DNA of 64,000 nt, taken from contig OZ024758.1 of NCBI GenBank assembly GCA_964016885.1, positions 8,370,001 through 8,434,000 on the forward strand, read 5' to 3'. Below are positions 1-11,904 of the stretch, in pieces (position 1 is the stretch's first letter; every line of letters starts with the position of its first letter). Position numbers and translations under genes: made by a program. The notes under the pieces are model-generated. The model saw only the letters and a program-made list of their open reading frames with translations. It searched no databases and was not told where the DNA came from. The stretch comes from Eledone cirrhosa (taxonomy: Eukaryota).

Positions 1-915
1 GCTGTAGTCACCTCTACAACCCAGTGGTCACCTCTTGTTGAGCAAGTTGAAACATCAATGCTGTTTTAAACCAATACTTTATTTAGTACTTATACTCAAA
101 TACTTTCCCAAGATTGAAGAGAATATCTTGTAGTGAATCAATCCTTATAACATGTTAAATAAAATGTACGGAAGATGGAGAGAAATAAATTAACGATGAC
201 AACAACAACAAGTCAATAGAGAGTAGATATTAAATTCAAACATCAATAACATACAATTTCTCTCCCAATTACAAGAGTTGTTAACAGGAGAGAGAGAGAG
301 AAATTGTTGGCATAAGATCATTAGAAATTCTTTGGCATCACTTCATTAACTTGCTGCCAACTTTCTAGGAGACCCTGAAGCAGGAAAGAAAAAATAAATT
401 AATTCAAAGAAAAATAAATATCATTCATGTTCCGTAGTGATTATTAACCTCAGAAGAAATGCCAATCATTTATGTATTACATTGTATCTATAAGCCAGCA
501 TATGTTTTCTAATTTCTAAGTCATCTTTCTAAGTCCCTCACTACTGTGGACACAACATGGCTAAAAGGTTAAGAAGTTCTCTTCACAATCATTCGGTTCC
601 AAGTTCAATCCCACCACATGACATTTTGGGAAAGCGTTATTTAACATAGCTTTGTGTCAACCAAAGCCATGTGAATGAAATTTGGTAGACAGAAACTGTT
701 TGGAAGACTATCAAATTACAGAAACTGTACCTGAATAGCTCGTCTGACCACCTGCTTATCAAATGATATCTACATCTCTTGTGGATTTTATCTGAAGAGA
801 ACATGTTTTGACTTATGTTATACATAAGCCATACATCTTCAAAATACATATAATAAAATAAATAGGGATGGACTAAAGTAACTGTCTTTTGTTTATTATT
901 ATATATATATATATA

Positions 916-1599
916 CTAGCAGCAGTCCCTGGCGATGCACAGGGTAAGAAATATGAAATAGCAACACACATATGCAAAGATTGAGGAATGTAGCTGTGTA
1001 CTTTTTGAATTTTCAGGGAATGATTGTTCATCTGGATAATTGGGTAATTGCTGGCCTTGTGCCAAAAGTAGAGACAATTATATTATAGTATATCACATAT
1101 TTATGCATATGCATAAAATATACATGTTGTCCTGATAGTAAATTGAAAACCAATGTAATATATCACTATAATAATCAATGTTTTGTAATAAAGCAACAAA
1201 TGGCCCTGGGGAGCATAATGTAATCTTGTTAGATCTTGTCAGATCTTGTCAACTCAATCAATCAACAAACTATTGACAAATTCTAGATTTTCTTTACTGC
1301 AGTATTGTTTGTGTACACGTTTCCATAGAGAAGACAGTTTTAGTTTCATAAGGCTCTATCACAATTTTGATTTTTAAATGTGTATTTGTGTAATAATTTG
1401 ATAATGTATGAAAAATTATATGAATGATTGGAGTATTTATCATTAAAACAGCTGAGAAACCTTCAATGTGATGTAACCTAGAAGAAGACCAGCGTAGTCT
1501 AGGTTACATCACAGTGTGAACTATCTATTTTTTTAATATGTGAACCATCTATTTTTTAAATTTCAATATATGAAAACATCTCTGCATATTAGTATAGTT
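916..1599 (-). mobile_element. Non-autonomous Helitron-like element
   Basis: On the - strand, hairpin CCCTG...CAGGG is followed 7 nt later by CTAG next to a TA repeat (3' end). The other end resembles the ATCTATACTAATAT-type 5' end. Internal 16-bp inverted repeat at 1467-1513. Confidence 0.5.
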
Positions 1600-1628
1600 A
1601 ATACAAAGCATTGTGAGATATGTAATAA

Positions 1629-2243
1629 ATGACCGATAAGTTTCAGAATAAAAACAATGCCAATCTCCAACCAGCAAATTGCTCAAGTTACAGAGTTTGT
1701 ATATCTCGGTCACAAACTATCATCAAACAACAGTGGAATGGTGGCTGTGCAGTATCACATCGCTCTAGGTTGGTCAGCTTTCAACAACAAGAAGGAAGTA
1801 CTAACATCAAAACGAGTTTCTTATCATATATAAGTATCTTTGATACTTACATCCTACCAGTTGTGTTATATGGTCTTGACTGTGTTAATTGGATGACAAG
1901 GTCACTTCAGAAGCTCTCTACATTCCAGAATCACATCATGAGACTTATGACTGGCAAGCTGATCAGCGACTGTATCTGTATCAGTGAACTGCTCAACATT
2001 ACCAAACTTAGACCAGTTACATCAATTGTCAAGTCAAGAGTACTCAAACTATACGGTCATGGTGTGAGTTGGTTATGTCTGGAAGGAAGGTTGGCTGGTA
2101 AGAGAAGCAGAGACCAGCAGCCAAACGATGGCTTGACAATATCAACTTATGGACTTTGCTCTTTAAACTCTGCTGTTGGTGATCGAACTTTGTGGAGAAA
2201 AATATCTCATGTTGATGCGCAGTCTGCAACTGGCGGAGTTTAG
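1629..2243 (+). mobile_element. Decayed non-LTR retrotransposon (RTE-like) RT C-terminal fragment
   Basis: YILPVVLYGLDC...RVLKLYGH...LEGRLAGKRSR...DRTLWRKI motifs typical of LINE ORF2 C-termini. Confidence 0.75.
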
Positions 2244-2867
2244 CGTCACAAAAAGAAGTTTCAGAAAGCCAGTACAATGAGGTAGAAATATATAAAGGGC
2301 AAATGTTGACAAATAAAACAAAAGAAATAAATGTTTTACCCAGGATATTTTACAACATGATATTTCAGAGCTATAACCCTCTTTTCAAATGTGGAGATGA
2401 AACAGTTTAAAACAAAATATACAATTGATGTGTTCTTCCTTAACTGACCTACATCTGGGAACAACTAGAAGTCAAAGGAACAATGCCATGCAATTTTTTT
2501 CTAAGGCTGGAATATGCATGTGTGTGTGTGTGTATGTGTGCAGCAGGCTATACACAATAAACATCAATGTATACATACATCCAAATGCTTAAATATACAT
2601 GTACATGGACATACACACATAAATGTACGTACAAATGTTTAAATCACACACACACACACAAGAAACATTGGAAGAAAAGCAAACAAAAAATTTTTTTCAG
2701 TTTTTATTCCAAATTTGTAAAAATTATACTAACAATTCTTATATATATTTCGAGTCAACAAAATATCACAATTTCTTTAACACCGGCAGATGACCCCTTT
2801 CTTTAGGCTATTCTATCTAAGACGAATTATATAGAATCTTCAGACTTTTACTTAACAGAACAATGTG

Positions 2868-2898
<31 letters not shown>

Positions 2899-3983
2899 CT
2901 CATCCTACAGATTTTTACCTTATAATCTCTAACCCTTGTAGATTTTTAAGCTTGCAATAAACTATAAGTATGACATACGTTATCTTCCTCCTCCTCTCAA
3001 CTTAAATATAAGTCCTACATACATATAAGTATGATAGACAGACAGATGGAGAAACAGCTTTTCTTTTATAATGATGATTTGGCAAGTAACTTGATTTTGG
3101 AGAATCATTTTAACCATTCCAAAAACCCTGTTCAATTCATCACTTTACACCCTATAAACTGATATAGTTCGACTGCAACTTAGTGGAACATTTTTTGCGT
3201 GGTTTTCAGTTGTTGAAATGATCCTTCGATTGCTATATAGACTCTGATTTCCCATCAACATAATTTCCATCCATTATAATTTTGTCATGGACCATAAATA
3301 AAAAGATTTCTCAAAGAAACTATACCAGATTTCTCTGAGAACAAAAACAATCTGATTTTAGTCATAAGATTTTAATTCTACATATTACCATTGCTGATGA
3401 TGCTTAAATGTGACTCGATGTTTTGAAGTAATAAATTAATGGTTAGAGTTTGTATTTAATAAATAATAACAAACTTTGAATAGATATAGAATATTATAAA
3501 AATATTAACTCTTATGCAGGCTACACAAAACAATAAACTTAAATTTATCCCTTTTGGTACCAGCCTGTCTGAAACTACTTCTATCTCCTATAAGCATTCA
3601 TCTTTTATTCTAAAACCTTCCAAAATAATTTTAAATACAAATTCTTTTGTTATGTTCCAAATACCAAATTTATAATGACTATAAATTCCACTAAATTCTT
3701 ACTAATTTTCAAAATTAATTAAGAAGTTATCAATAAAAATAGTCACAAAAGGGTTAACTGGTTCCAACTGGCTTGGTTCACCAGATTAAGGAAAATGCAG
3801 AAAATTATATGCAAAGTCAACCATAAAAATATATTTACCCCCAAAAGTACTGTGTTGGGAACAAAATTACTGTATTTAAATATTTTGACATTCTTTGGGG
3901 TTTTTTTTAGTTAAATACACGAAAGATAAGGAAAATGAATAGAGAAAATAAGTCAACATTTTTATAGATTGGTGAAAAATGTT

Positions 3984-4281
3984 TCAGGTAAGTGATGTTC
4001 TGGTTATTGATACAGCTGATTGTAAAGATTGAGCGCGCTGTGTAACTTCATCACAAAGACAACTTAATTGGCTGCCTTTTGTACGAAGTTGTTCATGTAG
4101 GCTTGCCAATTCTATTTCATGTTTCTTCACCATTGCCTTGTGAACGTTGTCTTGTTCTGGAAATATGAAGAAACATTTGTCATCTTTTTAAAATAATATA
4201 AGGGTTAACTGAAAAGTTCATAGGCTGACCTAGATACTCTCATGGAATGACCAAATGAGGTTTATTTTTCAACACACACAC

Positions 4282-4350
<69 letters not shown>

Positions 4351-7300
4351 GAGGGTCAGTTGAGAGGTTCATAGGCTGACCAAGATACTCTCATGGAATG
4401 ATCAAATAAGGTTTATTTTTCAATATAGTCCCCGAAAAGAAAAATGCAGTTATTAAAAAGAAGAGTTGAAATTAATGCATGCAAGATTTCACAGCTCTTG
4501 CATCACTCATATATAAATTTTGTTTTAAGCATTATTCCCAAGTCTTCTTTTAATAAGTTTTATTAAATTCTTCTCTCTTGTACTCAAACTTATCCATTGT
4601 AACATTTTGCATCATACTTCTTCTATACCAGTACTGCTGGTACCGAAGACAAAGATTGAGTGACAATATAACAGAAAAGAAGGTATTGTGTTGGTTTGTC
4701 TGCCAACTGACCAAATTAATATTCGAAGAGATTTTATTAAAGAATTTTCACAGTTACATATATTTTAATCAAAAGGGGAAAAATGCTTGTGGTAAGATTT
4801 TAATATAGATTAATTTGTTAATATATATGCCTTGTAGGGAAAAATTGTTATACCTTTACATCATCATCATCATCATATTTACATTCATTTTTTCCCCGCT
4901 TGCATGGGTTGGACGGGACAGGTCCTTTTCAGCACAGTATCTCCCCATTCATTGCATTCCTTCATTATCTCCTCTGTGAGTCTCAGCGATCTGAGGTCAG
5001 CTCTCACCACCTCTAACCAGGTCTTTCTTGGTCTACCTCTACTGCAGCTTCCTTCTACTGGCATTTCCTGGCATTTCTTCACCCATCGGTCTTCATCCAT
5101 GAGCATCACATGTCCATACCAACTCAGTCTTCTCTCCTGGACACCACCTCGGATTCCTTTTAAACTCAGTTTCTCCCTCAGTTCATCCAAACTCTGCCTT
5201 TCTCGCACATTTACATTGCACATCCAACAAAGCATGGTTGCTTCATTTCTCTCCAGTCTACACACATCTTCTGCAGTCACTGCCCATGTTTCACTACCAT
5301 GAAACATCACACATATAATTTCAATTCCAATAAACCAAACATTCACCAAGCCAAAATAATTTAATTTACCTGACAATTTTTGTTGTGATTCTAATAATTT
5401 GTTCTTCAGATCTCTCTCAACACCAGCCACAGCATCTAATTTACTTTGTAACTGGTTAATTTCCACTTTGTATTTTCCAATTTCTGCTTCTTTTTCAGCT
5501 TCTTTCATGGCTAATTTCTAAAATAAATTTAATTTGTTTTGAAAAACACTAGAAATATAAAATATGATAAAATATAAACAGATAAACACTAGATATATCC
5601 TGCCAACAAATACTAGAATGTTATACAGCTTCTCTAAAAATCACTTCACTTCTACATAATTTTTTATATGTATTATTGAATAGGAATAATCACATGAAGC
5701 AGTTCTGTATTTGTGTGAATTGTTTGTTATCTTAACAACCACTCATTTATTGTGATGTCTATTTTAAAGCAAACATGAAATACAAAACATATCCAATAAA
5801 TAACAAAGGAAAGTTATTACATATGTTATTAGATCAGGAGCGATGTGAAATGAAGTATCTTGCTGAAGGACTAATGTGCCTGGTCTGGGAATTGAACTTG
5901 TCACCTCACAATTGTAAATCCAATTTTCTAACCACTAAACCACATGCCTTCACAAGTTCTATAGTAGTTTTATAGTAGTTCTATAGCAATTCTAAACCAA
6001 GTTCTATTGCAGTTCTATTGCAGTTCTATAGCAATTCTAAACCAAGTTCTATTGCAGTTCTATAGCAGTTCTCAACCAAGTTCTACAGCAGTTCTATTGT
6101 AGTTCTATTGCAGTTCTATTGCAGCTCTATAGCATTTCTAAACAAATCATGAAAGATTTTTCAGAAATGATGAGGTTGATAGAGTGAACAGAGAACTCCC
6201 TAACCTCTAGCAACATAGGTAGAATATAAATATAAAATGGAGGAAGTCCAATGAATTATCTTAACAAAGATTGACACTCTGTCTTAACTATTTCAGATTC
6301 TCTTGAGAAGGTGACCTATTTTACTTTGAAATTGTCTATGTGTGTTTAGAGGGGGGGGGGGGGGGGGGGTAGAGAGGCAGAGGAGGGGGGGGGGGGGTTA
6401 TGCAGTAATTTTAATACTTATGACGACAGTATGGGAAATAAGTATAGAAATTAAGATGTAAAATTCCTTATAAAAGGCCAACTTTAATTCGAATGACATA
6501 CTTTGTTGATATTGTCCAGTTGTTGCTGTGAAGTTTCACATTGCTTTTTAAAGTCTTCCTTGCCACTTTCAACCAAATGCATTTTATTTTGAAGCTGTTC
6601 ATAACGTAGATCCTACAACAGAACAATAATAACAGTGATGATGATGATGATGATGAAGAAAACTCCTCTAGATAGATATAATGATTGTTACTGCAAATGG
6701 GACATAAGGCATCAGCCTGTGCCCTCAAGAAGTGAGACTCCATATCTGGGCCTATGGCTCAAATATTTAATACAACAGCCAAATAGTGGCAATATCACCT
6801 ACATCACTATCACCTACATCACCATCATCTACATCACCATCATCTACATCAAAATGATATGAAAATAAAACATTAACAGCTACAATAGCAACCCCCCCCC
6901 CCCCCCAACAACAATGGAACTCCCCCTCCCCATCCAGGAAAAAGCCCCAACACCACCACCACCAGCACAGCCAACAACAACAATGGCCACAAGTATATTA
7001 TAATTGTTTCTACTATTGGCACAAGGCCAGCAATTACCCAGTACATTACTGGTAGTTTACTTGACTGCTACTTTTTTTATCGACCTTGAATGGAGAAAAG
7101 GCAAAGTTGCCCTTGGTGGGATTTGAACTCAGAGAGTGTAGAAAGTTGAACAAATGCTGCAAAGAATTCTATCCGATGGTGGATTGGCAGTATCAGTAGA
7201 GAGTTGGACGCCATGCTTTCCAGCATAGTTACGTCCCTTTACGGTCTGAGTTCAGATCCCATCGAGGTTAACTTTGCCTTTCATCCTTACGGGGTCGATA

Positions 7301-10300
7301 AAATAAAGTACCAGTAATGCACTGAGTAATTGCTGGCCTTGTGCCAAAAGTAGAAACAGTTCTAACAACTCCGGCAATTCTACATCTCATTTATATGGAC
7401 CCACATTTAAATACACACACACCATCTCTCCCACATTATCAGTTCTTTATCAGACTTTGTATCATCCATACATCCTTTAACATCTGCTCAACACTTACCT
7501 TGTCAGTCTTTATACCAGCCTTAATGGTAGCTATGTCTTCTTCTGCTTTAACCTTTAAAGCAATATTTGCAGTCCTTAGTGATGCAACATCTTGCTCAAG
7601 AGATGAACGGCTTTGTTCGACTTTCTGGATCTGATTCTGGAGGTTTCTCTCTAAATTCTCCCAGGTTTCTTTTTGATGTAATTGCTATAAAACAAAACAT
7701 TTAGTTTAAATAACATTAATATTTATAGTAAAATAACTTTAGCTAAATAAAATATAAGCAAACTGTTATTTATTGACAAATGTAAGAAAGGGTGATCTAC
7801 CCCTGAAGTTCAGGTCTTGATACCACCTCACCGGAAGTTCCTTTTCTGCTGGCCAGTTCAATAACAAGTCTGCAGTAATGGACCACCATCAACAGTTCGT
7901 CTTTATAAGCTCACAGGCAATGCTCTACAGTATCACAAATATGTTAACCCTTTTGTTACCATATTTCCAATGATGATTTTCAAATAATTTCTAAGCTTAT
8001 CAATAATTTGAAGGGATTAATAAAATAACTTTCTTGTTATTAAACTGGTGTTTGGAACATAGTTTAATAAAGCTTCTTACTTAAAATTATGATCTAAAGT
8101 TTTTAGATAAATCATCTTCATTTAAAGTCCATTTTCTACACTAGCATGGATAGGACGGGCTAACGGTTTGGGAGAGAATCAGGTCAGAGGACTGGGTTTC
8201 GCTCACCCAGGGCTGATTATAGCTTGAATTCTACAGCTGGATGCCCTTCCTGACACCAAACACATTTACAATGTGTGCTGGGTGCTTTTTGTATTGATAC
8301 CTACATAACTGCTTTAAAACATGGGAAAGGAACCTTTTGTTGTGATTCCAACATGACCGCTTTACAGTATGGACTGGGTGCTTTTTGTCGTGACTTCAAC
8401 ATGACCACATTATAGTGTGGACTGCGCTTTTGTCTTGACACATACATGACCACTAAACAGTGAAGGCTGGGCACTTTTGTCGTAGCTCCAGGTGGAGCAC
8501 TTCATGGTGTTGGATGGGAACTAGAGATGGTGGGGGAGGATGTAAGTAATAGGGAACGGATGTTTATAGAAAAGGGAGGTGTATGGGAGAGGAGATGGTA
8601 AAAGAAGGTTTTGCCTATTAGATATATGCTTCAGCTCATGCATATGGGAAGGCGGGTCATCTGTAGTACTGCATAGTGCTAGAGGTCGCGGTCCTGTGTC
8701 ATCACCTTGGTGAGGTGTAATTGTGCAAGGTCAGCTTTTATTAAGGTCAGTCTCGCTGCTGTGCAACATTGCATCATACAGTCTGTCTTTCATTTTGAGG
8801 GAAAAACCTTTTGTAGTTAGCAATAGTAGTAACATCCATTTTCCCCGCTAACAAGTGTTGGACGTGTCTACATAGACCTAGTTAGAACTGAAGCAGGGCT
8901 ACTGACCTCCCAGACAGGTCAAGGGGTCTGTATCTTGCTTACATATGGTCATATGCTCTATCAAGTGCAAAGGGGTTGTGTCTTTTGACACTAACTGAAG
9001 GGTCCTCCTAACTCATGGTTTGGCAAGCTTTCTATGGTTGGATGCCCTTCCTAACACCAACCCCTTTACAGCATATATCTTTCCAACTGTGTGTATCCTA
9101 GTTTTTAGAATAGGTACACCATATCCCTACATGTTGTAAGGTAGAGGTTGGCAACATTTTGGGGTGTGCGGGTCACATAGCTATTCAGTGTCTCGTCGGC
9201 AGGCCACATTGCTATGCAGTGTTTCGTTGGCGGGCCGTGATATCAAATAAACAATGAAAACATGTAAAAATGAATACAGGAATATGATAAAATACTGACA
9301 TTTTTAATAAACTGTGACAAAACCCATGATACTTGGCGGTGTATTTAGATCAGGTTTGCCATTTGTTTGATGAAAAACTTTACGTCTAATAATACTGAAC
9401 ACTTTTAACATAGAAAAATAAATAAACAATGTCTGGTGGTAAAACATCTGTGACTGTATTATCAAATACAGTCACAGATGTTTTACCACCAGACAGCAAA
9501 CAAAAATGAAACATTTTGAGGATGAAATGAAATAACTATATGCCAGACACACTGACTTAGGTAAGTCTGGGTCATTCAACATCCCTGCCATACATGTACT
9601 ATGTATGCACATGTATACACGAATACATACACAGAGTGCCCTTGACCTTGATGTCTGACTATTCTGTCTGTCTGAGATTGTTTGTTACTGTCACACAAAA
9701 CATTACATTCAGCTAAGTGAGTCTTGTGGCTAGACATATTCTCTAGTCGGTATTCTAATCCAAAATAATTCAGACCACTTTTTCAGGGATCACTTAGCCT
9801 AAGATTGAAACCTGTTGGTGGGCCAAACAAAAATCCTTTGCAGGCCGGATGTGGCATGTGGGCTGGGGGTTGCTGACCCCTGTTGTAAGGGGTAATTAAA
9901 TGAGTTGACCTCAAGAAGGGCATCCAGCTGTAAAACATTGTTTCAAAACATCCCATGCAACCCATGCCAGAATAGAAAAGTGGAGGTGAAAAAATGACAA
10001 CGATGATGATGATGAAGATAATACACACAAATAACAAATACACAAACACACACATGTACAAACACACACACACATGCACTCACATATATGCACTCACATA
10101 CATGCACACACATGTACAAACACACACATGCACTCACATACATGCACACACATACATGTACAAACACACACACATGCACAAACACACACACACACATGCA
10201 CACACACTCGTCTGACTCACTTCATTGCTACTTTGTATTTCCTGTTATTCATAAAGTTTATTAAACAAATGTTACGATAATTTTTGTTAAGGGTTTGTTC

Positions 10301-11873
10301 ATTAGTTGGTATGGCGTAATCCCGAGTCAACTTTGATTAAGTAGACTTATGATAAACATTCCAGCCAAACAAGCTGTATCTAGGATTTCATTATTCAATG
10401 TGTCTTTTCTTCTTTAAGATAGTTGTCTATTATTTAAAGGTAAGTTGGCTGTTATTTCTAAAAGGCTCACCAACTACTCTCAGGTCCCTAATAATGAGGG
10501 GGAGGGGGGAGATCAGTAATTTTTCTGGGTTTTCTCAGTTGATTTTTTTTTAAAACACAGAATTAGTTGTTTAGTTTACATAATGAGACTCCAACCCATC
10601 CTATTTATTTTATAACAAATTTTATAACTATTTTTGTCATGTATAAATATAAAGAAAATTAATTGCCGCAGCAGGAATGCTACCACTCAAAATAAAATTT
10701 CACTGGAGATAGATTAGCAAAATTTAATAAGCACGAGAAAATAAGAGGAGGGGGTCTGAAAAATTAAAAGGGGAGCAATTATTCAAGACCCAAGAGTGCA
10801 TAGAGAATCCTTTTGTAAGCTCATCAGTTCAATGGATGAATACAATGGTGTGGTATAAGTAAAGTAGTCTCTGTTAGACATTACTAATATATCAGCCAAT
10901 CAGAGCAGAAACTACACAATATATTACTTGAATATGTTCGTATGGAGTTCATATTTATTCTCATGCTGCCTTTTCCTATAACATATTGTTAAGAACATTA
11001 AAAAGTTGGTTGCACAAAAATATTTTACTTTAGTAAACAAAGCACATATCGTTTTGACCTACTGACATTAGAGATCATAGTTTCAACTAGAATCCTGTGT
11101 TTAGTGATGTATTATTAATACCATTCTCCTTAACAAAACAGTTGTTTGGGATAACAATCTAGCGTTTACTCAAATATAAGCCGACCCCAATAGTTTATGT
11201 CTGAGAAATTGACAAAAGTCCAACCCACCTTTATAAGCCAAGGCAGCTAATCAATGCATTGTTTAGACGATGGATATAAGCACCCCACCAACTTTACAAT
11301 TGATTTTTTGGGTCACATATTCCTCGGATTATATTCGAGTATATACAGTATTTTTTTTACTTCTATTCTATAAGGAATGGATATGGTCTGTGTTATCTCT
11401 TCTCTACATATGTTTTCATGTAAATTGTTTTGAAAATCATTTTTATATAACGTGAACAACCCCAAAGCACCATTATTACACATGATGATGATGATGATAA
11501 TGATAAAGGATGTGATGATAATGGTTGTGGTAGAAGGTATGTAACAGTGCTAGTGATGGTGATGGTTGTCGTAGAAGATTATTAACCATCTTGCCAACAA
11601 TAACCCTGAGCACCTTTTTGAATTCCATGTGTCTAACACACGTGGGCTGGAGCATAGAACAAACTACCTGCATCAGTTGTTAGCTGCCAAGACACTGCAT
11701 CCTTTAAAACCTCCATGCTTCGCCAACACTACACCTGATACCCCCCCCCCCCCCCCCTCCACACGCACACATGTATATCATGACTCATGCACTGTTCACT
11801 TTCCTGGCATTTGTACATTATTCTATGTACTTTTGATGAGTTGTAGTGCACCTGAGCAATGTACACAATAATT

Positions 11874-11904
<31 letters not shown>

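Noticed and set aside
2356-2391. Minimal hammerhead-like remnant on the - strand (CAU UUGAAAA GAG...CUCU GAAA UAUC AUG)
   Set aside because: Two core substitutions; too decayed to call, though consistent with the same class of elements.
3968-3993. + strand TTTATAG|20 nt|GTAAGT microexon-like signal overlapping the LRRC45 stop codon
   Set aside because: No other + strand exons or gene context; likely chance overlap with the terminal codons.
6350-6398. Poly-G tracts (G-quadruplex potential)
   Set aside because: Simple homopolymers that are common in this window, with no positional evidence of function; lengths may be sequencing-dependent.
5518-6501. Possible missing ~20-codon LRRC45 exon (coiled coil seems shorter than vertebrate LRRC45)
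   Set aside because: No credible exon found in this intron, and the flanking exons already join in phase.
9783-10280. Cluster of His/Thr- and Cys/Val-rich ORFs
   Set aside because: Translation of a CA microsatellite.
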